Part shown: positions 12,002-24,283 of the stretch, one piece after another
Layout: every line of letters starts with the position of its first letter
Position numbering within the stretch: the first letter of the stretch is position 1
Source: Yuukianura sp. NJ FZ-2021
Taxonomy: Eukaryota
DNA: 64,000 nucleotides
Direction of reading: 5' to 3'
Assembly: GCA_046563655.1 (NCBI GenBank)
Contig: CM102285.1
Location: 14,570,001 to 14,634,000 of the forward strand
Notes under the pieces: model-generated
Database searches by the model: none
Told to the model about the DNA's origin: nothing
What the model saw: the letters and a program-made list of their open reading frames with translations, nothing else
Made by a program: the position numbers and the translations under genes

Positions 12002-12971
12002 ATGTTGCTCATCCTCCCTACTGTGGTGGTTATTACGCTAATCCAGGCTGTCGTTGGACGTAAGTTCTGAAAAAATTAACGTTTGAAAAAAAAATAACTT
12101 TTTATAAACTTTTGCTAAAAATCATTTTCATTTTGAAGAGATTCCTTACTCCAATTTTAATGGACGTGACCTCGCTGCTGTCAACGATCGGTACGCAAAA
12201 ACTTATATAATACTATTAATTATAAGTAGCGAAAGCTACTTTATGATTTGACGTTACTTGTCTGTCTGTCTGTGTGTCAGTCTGTCTGGTATGTATTATA
12301 AACAGGGATGTCAAACATATTTAGTCTCCATACCCGTAATGTTACCAAAAAAATATTTGGGGGGTTTTTGTTTGTAAATATTTGTTTATTTGCCCATGCC
12401 CTTAATATTAAATACGTAAATATTTGGGCTTTAAAAAACATATTTTTTGTCCATATTTCGGGGATTTTTAGCACATATTTTTGGCAACCCTGATTATTAT
12501 TATTATGCTAAATTGTGTTATATTTTATTATTTCGTTTTAGTTTTGAGAAAGTTCGTATTGCGCGTGGAAACGGCGCATCGATAGAACAACTGGAAGGAC
12601 TTTGTGGTCTTCTTGTACCGTTTCACTTGTTGTGTCCAACTAGGATCGGCAGAAGTCCGGATTGGGAACATGACGCATGCGACAGTCACTGTTGCACCTT
12701 TGGGCGTAAAGTTGGCAACTGTACTCCCTCCGGTTGTCAATGTTTCGACAATGACGTAGACATCAAGGTTAATTAATTAAATTAAATTTAATTTAAACTT
12801 ATTTATACTATTTATTTTATTATAATTGAATTCCAGTGCGGACAGGATGGTTCTTTTATTGGAATTCGATGTCCAGACGTAAGTGCTTGTCAGAGGAGAT
12901 GCTGTCGCACAGGACGATCAGGCGGAAGATGCACTGGATGGCTGATTAAGCTTAGGTGTAGATGTGATTAG
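12002..12971 (+). CDS. Defensin-like peptide 2 (two tandem 8-Cys domains)
   Basis: Four exons; CGLLVPFHLLCPTRIGRSPDWEHDACDSHCCTFGRKVGNCTPSGCQC-FDNDVDIK-CGQDGSFIGIRCPDVSACQRRCCRTGRSGGRCTGWLIKLRCRCD*. TATAAA at 11909. Confidence 0.85.
12303..12492. mobile_element. MITE (~190 bp) with CAGGG-type terminal inverted repeats, in an intron of defensin 2
   Basis: Left end cagggatgtcaaa; right end tttggcaaccctg (11/13 inverted match). Absent from the paralogous introns. Related internal sequence at ~54385-54550. Confidence 0.65.
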
Positions 12972-13064
12972 TTCTGCACGAACTTTTTGAAATAATGTCC
13001 TTCAAGATTCTTTTCAAAATAAAACTGTCCTGTTTTTTTTTCCAAATTTTCAATATTTTTACTT

Positions 13065-13275
13065 CAAGCTCTATAAAGGTCAAGTGATTTGGTCAACAGA
13101 AATAACAGCGCACATATCGCATTCTGGTATTACGTTTTTGGTTCGAAATTTTCAATTCCTCGGCCAGCCGTCATTCGTCCGAACTTTCTTCGATAATCGT
13201 CACCGTTTTGAAAAAAAAAGGTTCCAAAATTTGAATTTGTGCAATTTTTGGCTCACCGGCGGGGAAGCACTGAGG
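13065..13275 (-). pseudogene. Second degenerate copy of CAP gene A 3' exons
   Basis: ggtcaagtgatttggtcaa...ccagccg...ctcaccggcggggaagcactga matches 14535-14778. Confidence 0.7.
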
Positions 13276-13645
13276 AAAAGGCTATCAAAATTTGATAACC
13301 TTTTGACGTTTCAAATTATCACAAATTCTGAGAATCATGACTAAGATTTCCAAAACAGGCATAAAATTCTCAGAAATTTAGTTCCAGCATCACGTAGTTT
13401 CATAATATTTTTATGAGCACATTTTGCGAATCATGTGAAGATGCAAAATTTCCAATTAGCAAATCAAATTTCTTCTTGCAACCAACACGTCCATATCCAC
13501 ACCCTAAATTTTTACTTAAAACATTACAGAGCACGTTCAAAAGGAAGTATAAATATCTGCTTTCAAAATTCAATAAGCTCAACTCAGTTTTCAGGTTAAA
13601 TTAATCTAAAACTGTTTTCTGCAAGGGAAACTTTTGTTTTAAAAA

Positions 13646-14445
13646 ATGTTGGGCATCCTATCGGCTGTGACGGTGATGATGCTAAGCCAGGTTGTCTTTG
13701 GACGTAAGTTTCATAAAAATTTAAAACGAACATTTAAAAAAACAAACTTTTTAAATGTTTGTTAAAAAATGTTGTTTATTTTGAAGAGATTCCTTACTCT
13801 TATACCAATGGACGTGACCTTGATGCTGTTAACCGTCGGTACGTCAAATCTTAGCATTAACAGTATTGATTATTTAGTAGCGAAAGCTACTGTATGAATT
13901 AGCATGGTCTGTCTGTCCGTCTGTCTGCCTGCCTGGTTGTTTGTCTGTCCGTCTGTCTGTCTGTGTATCTGTATGGTATTATTGTACTAAATTTTTCAAA
14001 CTTCATGACTTTAACCTAGTTTTGAGCAATTTCGAGTTGCGAAAGCCAGCGGTGCATCGCAAGAACAATTGGACGGAATTTGTGGTCGCCGTGTACCGTT
14101 CAACTTGTTGTGTCCAACGAGAGTCGGACGAAGCCCGGATTCGGAAACGAACGAATGCGACAGTCACTGTTGTCACTCTGGTCGCAAAGTTGGCAACTGC
14201 ACTCCCTCCGGTTGTCAATGTTTTGACGATGACGTAGACATCAAGGTGAGATTAATTAATTAAGTTTAATTAAAACTTATTTATACTATGTATTTTATAA
14301 AATTGAATTCCAGTGCGGGCAGGATGGTTCGTTTGCTGGAATTCGATGTCCAGACAGCAGTGCTTGCAGGAGAAGATGCTGTCGCAGAGGACTTTCAGGC
14401 GGAAGATGTCGTGGATTCCTCAATTTGAAGTGCAAATGTGACTAA
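13646..14445 (+). CDS. Defensin-like peptide 3 (two tandem 8-Cys domains)
   Basis: Same exon structure as gene 2; ends CGQDGSFAGIRCPDSSACRRRCCRRGLSGGRCRGFLNLKCKCD*. TATAAA at 13548. Confidence 0.85.
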
Positions 14446-14531
14446 TTTTTCGAAATTAATTTATTTTTGAAATTTGAAAAAAGACTCAAATTATCAAAAT
14501 AAAACATCTTTTTTTCTCAGAAATGTTTTAG

Positions 14532-15720
14532 TTAGGTCAAAAATTCAAGTGATTTGGTCAATAAAAGCAGCAATGCAGACGATACTGCGCAAGATTTTCG
14601 TTTTGCCCCGAAATTTTCACTTCCTGGACCAGCCATGGTAGGGCGAACGTTTTTTCGATAGTCCTCACGGGTTCTGCTCCCTTTTGAAAAAGTTTTTCAA
14701 AAATTCAAAAAAAGAGCTTTCGAAAATTTTGAGAAAGAGTTTGTGTAATGCTTTGTTCACCGGCAGGGAAGTACTGAGCAACGACATAAGTGTAGCTTGC
14801 ATTTCCACTTTTGGCATAAACGATACATCCTTCCTTTGTTTCTAAAAAAAAAATCAAATTTGAAAAATGTAACTCAAAATTTCTGTGACCTTGACCTTAC
14901 CCCGCCACACAATGTTGGCAAATGCTTGAACTTGAGTGAGGTTGAGGTCGTTGACCTTGTTAAACTTGTAATGCCGTACTTGACTGTACCAGTGTCCAAC
15001 GACTCGACTGGCTGCCAGCACAGAAGTATTGGCAGTACTTCCCAGTACTTCAGTACTGCCAGTACTCCCCAACTCCACAGTGGGCGAAATCCAAATGTTC
15101 TGAGAACAATTCCCCCCGATTCCAAGTGCAGAATCAGTCACATTTTGAGAGGTCAAGTTACCACAGAGTAACAAATTGGCCAACCACTGAGCACTTTTAC
15201 AGAGCTGTTCAAACAAAATTTAAAGGTCCAAAGTTATTTTCATGTGAGCAGGTCAAAGGTCAAAGGTCAAAGGTCAAGGTCAAGGATTACTGACGTCATT
15301 GTTGAGGACCAATGGTGATGAACCTATGTACAAAGGAAATGAAACTGGACGAAACCTTGTATTCTAACTAAAAATTTAGTTTCGTAAAAATTCAAATTTT
15401 GACTAACCGTGAAGTTGACGCAAGTTGTTCTGAGCATTCATGCCTTTCTTGGACCATTGTACGGGAGTAGTCACATGCTATTCAAAATATTTCGAAATTT
15501 ACAATTTTTGGATTTTGTGTGTCAATTTTTTTGAAATTATAAATTTTACCGAAACATTTTGACTTGTACATTCCTTGGTCAAATTCAGCTTAACCGCAAT
15601 GTCCCCTGGAACCGTGCAGTGCCTCACTTCATCCGTAACTTCAACATTTACTTCCGCTACTTCTACAAAACCCACAAACTGTACCAGCAAAACTGTCAAC
15701 ACAAAATACCTCCACGCCAT
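14532..15720 (-). CDS. CAP/SCP (PR-1/GAPR-1-like) secreted protein A, divergent, hydrophobic C-terminal tail
   Basis: Six exons; signal MAWRYFVLTVLLV; LCKSAQW, WYSQ, AFANIVW, YVVAQYFPAG; ends SALLLLLTKSLEFLT*. Confidence 0.8.
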
Positions 15721-15883
15721 TTTGTCAACACAAATTTACTCAATATTCAAAAAAGTCAACATTTTAGATAAACTTGGAAGTAGTTGAAGGTAAAAACTTT
15801 ACAAGTGTTTGGTTGGTTACAAAAAATTTTGTTTCGGATTTTTGTTGTAATGACAATAATTGAAATGTTTCAGTTTTTTAGAA

Positions 15884-17021
15884 TTATGCAAAATTTGATC
15901 GCAAAAATTGGAAACAGCAAATGAGAATCAAAATTGTTTGAATTTGGATGCGACAAGTGTTTTTCCCAGGCGCTGATCCTGAACTCAAAACGTTCTCCTT
16001 GTCTTTACCAATGAAATTTCCTATTCAAAAAAAAAGAAAAGTTTTTGAAATTTTTGTTTAGAAAACTTAGAAACACTTTGAAATCAACCTGGTGGAAAGT
16101 ACTGAGCTGCAACATAGAATGCGCCATCTTTTGCTTGTGCGTAGCTCATACACATTTCTTTGGATCCTGGGGAAGAGAACAAGCATTGTTAAAAAAAAAA
16201 GTAAAAATTTTCAAAATCCTTTTTTAAAACTTTTTCAAAATTTGATATTTCTGAAAGCTACCTTTCCAGACGACTTGTGTAAAGTGACCAGTGACTCCAG
16301 ACTTTGCTCTGTGATTAGCAAAGTCGTAGGTTTTGACTTCGTCGTACCAATCTTGTACAGTCTTGCTCGCTGGTTGCAGTTTGACTGAGTACATTGCCAA
16401 GTTTTCTCCACATCTCATGCCTTCACGTTTAATCCCTTCCATGTTACTCGTATGCATCATATTCTTGGCAGCTGCATTCTTATTGGCTGTCCATTGAGTA
16501 GTTTTACACATCTGAAAGTAATCGATTACTTTAGTCATCACAATATAATCGATTACTTTAGTAATCAATTGATTCAGGAAGAATTTGAAGTGAGACGGTC
16601 ACCTCACTTCTTCTCCAGCCTTACTTCAACCAAAACTCACCTTGGGATTGTACACCAGATCAGGAACGCCTGAAATCGATTACAGAAAATTCAATTATGT
16701 AAAATCGTTTGGGATTTTTTTTTGAAAATTTAGATTTTTTTAACCATGTTTCTTGCGAAGTTTGTTGTGAGCTGCGACTCCTTCTTGTGCCCACTTGATT
16801 CTGTCTCCATCCGAGGGAATCTCTGCCGTCTGTTCAAAAATTTCAAAATATCATGTACCATTCTAAAAACAAATAATAATTTCGAACTATTTTGAATTTT
16901 GAAAACTGACCATATTTTTTCCGTTTTGTGTTATGCAGTCTGGAGCCACTAATGCTGAGGTCACAGCCAGTAGACCAAGGAACAAAACTCCTTTAGACAA
17001 ACTGACTCCGCCGAACATCAT
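15884..17021 (-). CDS. CAP/SCP secreted protein B
   Basis: Six exons; [36 protein letters not shown]; hydrophobic tail. Confidence 0.88.
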
Positions 17022-17248
17022 TGTACAATTAACTTTTTCAAGTAATTGTAAACTTAACTAATTGAATTCAATATTTGTAATGAAAGTTACACAATTCGAA
17101 ATTGTGAAAACAAGAAAACGAGACAGTGAAGATTTGGGCTATTGGAACACTCCGAGTAAGAAAAGTTTTGCAAGTGTTTTAATAAATTATGAAAGTTTTT
17201 GTTTTGTTGTCATGACAATGTGGTTGAAAAATGTAAATTTTTTTAGGA

Positions 17249-18494
17249 TTATGCAAAATTTGATTTGATTTTGCTGAGAAAATGGAAACAGAAAATGAAA
17301 ATCAAAATTTTTGAAATTTGGATGTGACAAGCGTTATTCTTTTTCGCAGTGGGAGGTGGCCCAGTGCCACTGCCAGAACCAGCAGATCTCTCTTCTAGAT
17401 CTGTGGAGTCATCTCCTGGTACAGACGCTGATCCCAATGCGAAAACGTTCTGCCCATGCTCCCCAATGTAATTTCCTGTTCAAAAAAAAGTTTTTTGAAA
17501 TTTTGAAAAAGTTTGAAACAATTTTAAAGTAACCTGGTGGATAGTACTGAGCTGCAACGTAGAATCCGCCATCTTCTGCCTGTTTGTAGCTCATACACAT
17601 TTCTTTGGATCCTGGAAACCAAAACAAGAATTTTTCAAGAAAAAGAAAGTAAAACTTTCAAAATCTTTTTCTATTTTTTATTTTTATTTTTTCAAAATCT
17701 GATTTTTGTTTAAAAATTAGTTACCTTTCCATACGACTTGTGTGAAGTGACCAGTGCCTGCTCCTTCATGTGTATTAAAGTCGTAGTCTTTGATTTCGTC
17801 GTACCAAGATTGTACAGTTTCGCTCGCTGGTTTCAGTTCCGGTGAACTGCTCCAGTACCACGCTAAGTTCTCTCCACATTTCATGCCATCTCCAATCCCA
17901 TCAATTTTTTTAGTATGCGTCATTTTTCCGCCAGCTGCATTCTTATTGGCTGTCCACTGAGCACTTTTGCACATCTGAAAGTAATCGATTACTTTAATCA
18001 TCACATCACAAAGTAATCGATTGATTCTGGAAGAGTCTGAAGGGAGGCGGTTACATCACTTCTGTCCCAGCCGTACTTCAACCAAAACTCACCTGAGAAT
18101 TGTACACCAAATCAGGAGCGCCTGAAATCGATTACAAAAGAAATCAAATTTAGAAAATCGTTTTGGCATGATTTTTCTTTTGAAAATTTTGAAACTCCTG
18201 TTTTTTTTTTTACCATGTTTCCGCCGCAGCTTATTGTGAGCCTTGACTCCATCTTTTGCCCACTTTTCTCTGTCTCCGTCAGAGGGAACCTTTGCCTCCT
18301 GTTCAAAAATTTCAAAATTTGATTAACTTTTATTTTAGACATGAATCATAATTTTGAACTTTTTTTGAATTTTGAAAACTGACCAGCACGTTTCCGTCTT
18401 GGTTAATGCAGTCTGGAGCTGAGAGGGCTGAAGCAAGAGCCAGTAGACCAAGTAACCCAACTTCTTTTGACCAAACTACTCCACCGAAAGTCAT
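17249..18494 (-). CDS. CAP/SCP secreted protein C
   Basis: Six exons; [37 protein letters not shown]; Ser/Gly stalk and hydrophobic tail. Confidence 0.88.
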
Positions 18495-18723
18495 TGTACA
18501 ATTAACTTTTTCAATTCCTAACTTAATTATTGGAAATATTTATAATGAAAGTTACACAATGCAAAATTTTGAAAACAACAAAAACAAGACAGTGAAGATT
18601 TGCGCTTCACTTTTGGAGCACTCGCTCCGAGAAAGAAAAGTTTTGTAAGTGTTTTAATAAATTATGAAAGTTTTTGTTTTGTTGTCATGGCAATTTGATT
18701 CAAATGTTTGAATTTTTTGAGGA

Positions 18724-19991
18724 TTATACAAAATTTGATTTGATTTTGGCAAAAAAATGGAAACTGAAAACGAAAATCAAAATTTTTGGAATTTGGAAGT
18801 GACAAGCGTTATTCCCTTTCGCAGTAGGAGGGGGCCCGCTGCCAGCTTTATTGCCTGAGTCTCCGGAGTCATCCCCAGCCCCTGAGGAAGGCGCTGATCC
18901 TGATTTGAAAACGTTCTGCTCATGTTCCCCAATGTAATTTCCTGTTAAAAAAATGTTTTTGGAATTTTGAAAAAGTTTAAAATTTTTTAAAATAACCTGG
19001 TGGATAGTATTGAGCTGCAACATAGAATCCGCCATCTTCTGCCTGTTTGTAGCTCATACACATTTCTTTGGATCCTGGCAAGGAGAACAACAATTTTAAA
19101 AAAAATAAAATAAAAAAATAAAACTTTTCAGACTACTTTTCAAAACTTTTTTATCAAAATGTCATCGTTTTTTGTTACCTTTCCATACGACTTGTGTGAA
19201 GTGTCCAGTGCCTGGTCCTTCATGTTTAGCAAAGTCGTAGTCTTTGATTTCGGAGTACCAAGATTGTACAGTTTCGCTCGCTGGTTTTACTTCCGGTGAT
19301 GAACTGTCGTAGTAATACGCTAAGTTTTCTCCGCATTTCATACCATCTCCAATCCCATCAATTGTTTTAGTATGCTTCATTTTCCCGCCAGCTGCATTTT
19401 GATTGGCTGTCCACTGAGCACTTTTGCACATCTGAAAGTAATCGATTACTTTAATTCTCGTAAAGTAATTTACTACTTTAGTCACAGCAAAGTAATCGAT
19501 TGATTATGCAATCGAATCTGTAGAGAGGCGGTTACGTGTCACTTCTTTTCCTGCCTTACTTCAACCAAAACTCACCTTGGAGTTGTACACCAAATCAGGA
19601 ACTCCTGCAATCGATTACAAAGGAAATAAAATTTAGGAAATCGTTTTGGGACGATTTTTCTTTTCAAAATTTTGAAACTGTTTTTTTTTTTACCATGTTT
19701 CCTGCGTAGTTTGTTGTGAGCCTTCACTCCTTCTTGTGCCCACTTCTCTCTGTCTCCATCCGAGGGAACCTTTGCCTCCTGTTGAAAATGTTGACGATAT
19801 TTTCAAATTTTTTCAAAATATCGTCAGCTTTTTAGAAATTAAATCAAAATTTTGAACTTTTTTCAATTTTGAAAACTGACGTGCACGCTTCCGTCTTGTG
19901 TAATACAGTCTGGAGCTGAGAGGGCTGAAGCAAAACACAGTAGACAAAGGAACCAAACCCCCTTTGACGAAACTACTCCACCGAAAGTCAT
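18724..19991 (-). CDS. CAP/SCP secreted protein D
   Basis: Close paralog of [22 protein letters not shown]; stalk and hydrophobic tail. Confidence 0.88.
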
Positions 19992-20233
19992 CGTACAATT
20001 AACTTTTTCAATTAATTGCTTACTCAAATATTTGAAATATTTTTTTTTATGAAAGTTATTACACCATTCAAAATTTTGAAAACAAGAAAAACAAGCAAGG
20101 CAGTGAAGATTTGCGCTTCACTTTTGGAGCACTCACTCCGAGGAAGAATAGTTTTGTACGTGTTTTAATAAATTATGAAAGTTTTTGTTTTGTTGTCATG
20201 ACAATGTAATTGAAAGTTTGGATTTCTTGAAGA

Positions 20234-21506
20234 TCATGCAAAATTGGATTTGAGTGTTCTGAAAACCTGGAAACAAAGAGCAGGAAGCACTAAAATTTTT
20301 GGAAGTTGGATGCCACCAGCAGCATTGGGTGGGTCGGATGGCCTTGGCTTAGCTGGAGATGGGGCTGCAGTGGTGGGGTCATCTAGTACAGGTGATCCTA
20401 GTGGGAGAACATTCTTTATTTCATCCTCGCCAGGATAATTTCCTGTTCAAAACAAAGTTTTCAAAAAAAATTTTTTTTTTGTCTTTGAAATAAATGGATT
20501 TTGAAAAACAGAAACTAACCTGGTGGATAATACTGAGCTACGATGTAAAATGCTCCGTTCTTTGCCTGTGCGTAGACCATACACATTTCTTTGGTTTCTG
20601 CAACAAGGGACAACGTTTTAAAATTTCAATACTTTTTAAACTTTCTAAAGTTTTTAAATTTTGTTCAAACACACCTTTCCATACGAGTTGTGTGAAGTGA
20701 GCAATTTCATGGAAGACTGATGCATTACGATTTTCAAAGTTGTACTTTTTGATTTCGTCGTACCAAGATTGTACAGTGTCGCTCGCTGGTTTGAGTTGCG
20801 GTGTGCTGTCAAAGTACAAGGAAATACTTTCTCCACATACCATGCCTATCTCACGATCAATGTCTTCTGAGTTTGTCGCATTTCCTTCGTCACCAACATT
20901 TGCATCGTGATTTGCTGTCCATTGAGCACTTTTGCAAATCTGAAAGTAATCTATTTTCGTCAAAGTAATCGATTATTAGTCAAAGTAAACGTTTGAGTGC
21001 CGATTACTTGGACAAGTATTCGGAGCTTTTACGGTAACCCTAAAAATTTAGAATTTGGCATAGGAAACTGACCTTCTGGTTCAGCACCAAATCATGAGCG
21101 CCTAAAATTGATCAAAAATGTTTTAGAAAAGCAATCGATTTCAGTCACAAAGTCATTAAGAGCGTGGGAAATTGATCAAAAAAGTGTTGCAATTTGAAAA
21201 ATTGTTCAGTGAATTTTTTTTTTAAATTTTGAAAACGTTTTTAACCATGTTGTTGCCGAAATTTGTTGTGGGCTTCGAGTCCTTCTTGCGCCCACTTCAT
21301 TCTGTCTCCATCCGAGGGAACGTCTTCCTCCTGTTCAAAAATGGTAAAGGAGAATTTCAAAAAATGTTCAAAAAACTTTTCATTTTTTGGAAACTGACCA
21401 TAACATTTCCGTTTTGGGTAATGCAAGGAGGAACTTCTGCTGCAGCAAAAACTGGTTGACTAAGGACCCAGACTCCAACGAACAAAATTGCACCGCCAAA
21501 ACCCAT
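20234..21506 (-). CDS. CAP/SCP secreted protein E
   Basis: AHNKFR, CGESIS, WYDE, AHFTQLVWKG; Pro-rich stalk; tail LPKILVLPALCFQVF. Confidence 0.85.
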
Positions 21507-21807
21507 TGTTAAGTTAACTTTTCAATTAATTCCGAACCAATTAATCGTACCTTTAACTTAAGCTGAACAAAATTGTTCAAAATTATGAAAATGAAAATGA
21601 CAGACAGGAAGTGGGCACAGGAACATTCTGGAATAAAAGCAAAGCGTTGCGTTTTACTAAACGTTATGAAACAAATTGGAATACTTTGTTGTCATATGCC
21701 ATGACAATTGAAAATTGTTAACTTTTTGAAATTCAAAACCAAATTTTTCAGAAACGAATTTAAAAAAAAATACAAAATTTTTAAAGAAAAAAAAAGTTCG
21801 ACAACCG

Positions 21808-22119
21808 ACCTGGTGGAAAGTACTGAGCTGCAACAAAGTATCCGCCATTTTCTGCTTGTGCGTAGCTCATACACATTTCTTTGGATCCTAAAAAAAAGGA
21901 CAGGAAATTTTCCAAATAATTTGAAGTTTTCACCTCATCTGTCATTTCAAAAATTTTCTAAAAATAAATTGTTTTTTTTTTTAAATTTGGAAAAGTTTTT
22001 TTTTTTAAATGAGTTGACCTTTCCATACGACTTGTGTGAAGTGACCAGTGCCTGTTCCTTCATGTTTCGCAAAGTCATAGTCTTTGATTTCGTCGTACCA
22101 AGATTGTACAGTGTCGCTC
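21808..22119 (-). pseudogene. Truncated canonical CAP gene fragment F (part of exon 4 plus exon 5)
   Basis: Reads [34 protein letters not shown] and [25 protein letters not shown], but lacks its own 5' exons and terminal exon. Confidence 0.75.
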
Positions 22120-23790
22120 CCATTTCATTATGTTTGTAAGTGATACACATTTCTCTCGCAGCTAAAAAACAAAACTAATACATTTGAAATAATTTTTTGA
22201 AATTGCGGAACTCGAGTTTCTTTTTGCTCAAACTGACCTGTTAAGACATCAATTACTTCCTGCGTATTGTTCAGCCAACAATCTGAAATCTCACTCGCCG
22301 ATGTGGGATTTTGTGCATTCGACCTCTGGCATATAAAATCTGCACATTTCATGCTAACAGAATCCATTTGAGCGGCACGTACGAAAGGTTGTCCAGGACG
22401 TGTAAGCTTATTTGTTACCCATTGAGCACCTCCGCACATCTGCACATAATCGATTTTAGTCACAAAGCAATCGACTTTTAGTACAAAAAAATTAAGTGTT
22501 TTAGCACTTATTAGTTATCGCCAGTTTAAAACATTAGGCGATTAACTTTGATTAGCCTTCAACTTTTAAACTCACCTTGGGATTGAACGCAATATCTGGA
22601 ACACCTGAAATTGAACAAAAATATTGCGATAATTTGAAAAACATAATTAAAACAAGTTGATTTTGTGTTATTTTTTAAATGCTTCTAACCAGTAATGCCA
22701 AGCTGCTTGCGACGTTCGTTATGCTTTACAACACCTTCTTTTCCCCATGCGATTCTGTCCGTATCAACAGGAAGTGGCGCCTCCTGTTAAAAAATGTCAC
22801 AGAATATTGGAGTTTTCTAACGCATATTTGTATTCTTGAATATTTTTTTGAACTTTTTGAAAAAACTGACCACTGGTTTTCCGTTTTCGTATATGCAAGG
22901 TGGAGCAGGACGCGGTGGTGGTGTTGGTGGCGATGGTGGTGTTGGTGGTGATGATAGTAGAAAGAAGTGAACAGTATAGTAATACGTGCCCATTTCATTA
23001 TGTTTGTAGGTGATACACATTTCTCTCGCGGCTGAAAACAGAACAACTATGCGTTTGAAATAATTTTTTGAAATTGCGGAACATGAATTTGTGTTTGCTC
23101 AAACTGACCTGTTAAGACATCAATTACTTCTTGCGTTTTGTTCAGCCAACAATTTGAAATTTCACTGGCTGAGGCAGGTTGTAGTGCATTGGATCTCTGG
23201 CATATAAAATCTGCACATTTCATGCTAACGGAATCCATTTGAGCGGCACGTACGAAAGGTTGTCCAGGATTTGTAAGCTTATTTGTTACCCATTGAGCAC
23301 CTCCGCACATCTGAAAATAATGATAGATTTTAGCCACAAAGTAATCGACTTTTAGTCCAAAAAAACTCACCTTGGGGTTGAACACAATATCTGGAACTCC
23401 TGAAATTGAACAAAAATATTGCAATAATTTGAAAAACACCATTAAAACAAATTGTTTTTGTGTTTTTTTATATCGTTTCTAACCAGTAATGCCAAACTCC
23501 TTGCGACGTTCGTTATGCTTTGCAACACCTTCCTTTCCCCATGCGATTCTGTCTGTATCAACAGGAAGTGGCGCCGCCTGTACAAAAATGTCAAAGAATA
23601 TTTGAATTTTCTAACACTGATCTAACACTTTTTGAGTAACTTTTTATATAGTAATTTTTTTGAAACTGACCACAGGTTTTCCTTTTTCATATACGCAAGG
23701 TGTAGCAGATAGTGCTGATGAAGGAAGAATCAGTTGACTGATGATGATGAACCAGACCCCCACCAACAAACCACCACCAACAAAACCCAT
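21867..23790 (-). CDS. Divergent two-domain CAP-like protein G with Pro linker and chimeric out-of-frame tail (possibly pseudogenising)
   Basis: Signal [17 protein letters not shown]; two near-identical exon sets ([22 protein letters not shown]) joined by [19 protein letters not shown]. At ~22119 it fuses to canonical CAP exon-4 sequence in a shifted frame. Confidence 0.65.
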
Positions 23791-24283
23791 TGAAAACAAA
23801 GGCAAAACAGTGCTGCGATTAGTTAGTATTAAAAATTCGTCTTGTATCAAATTTTTGGCGTAAATCCCGAATCTGAGTAATTAAGAATGTGCGAATTCAA
23901 CGTACAGAATGAGAATTTTTATTTTGCATCAATGACGATTTGTCACAATAAACCTATTACGCGTCTTCGGCTCGGAGATATAACAAACAACAATTCGTAG
24001 CATGCATTGTTCAATTAACTTTTCATTTGATCATTTACCGACCAATTCTTGTGTCAATTAACTTTTTCAATTGCTTGTGGACCGACTAATCGTGGCCAAG
24101 GTTCGTAAACAACAAAAGAGTTTTTTCTTTCTACAGGTTTGGCAATAACTCGAACCCTTTAAATTTTGTTAAAAAAGCAAAAAATTGCTTTGCTTTTCTT
24201 TGGTGTGGGAATTATTTTTATGTAATCAAACGCAAGCTAAATAAAAAATATTGTAATACTTTGTGGTAATGATAATTGCGTTT

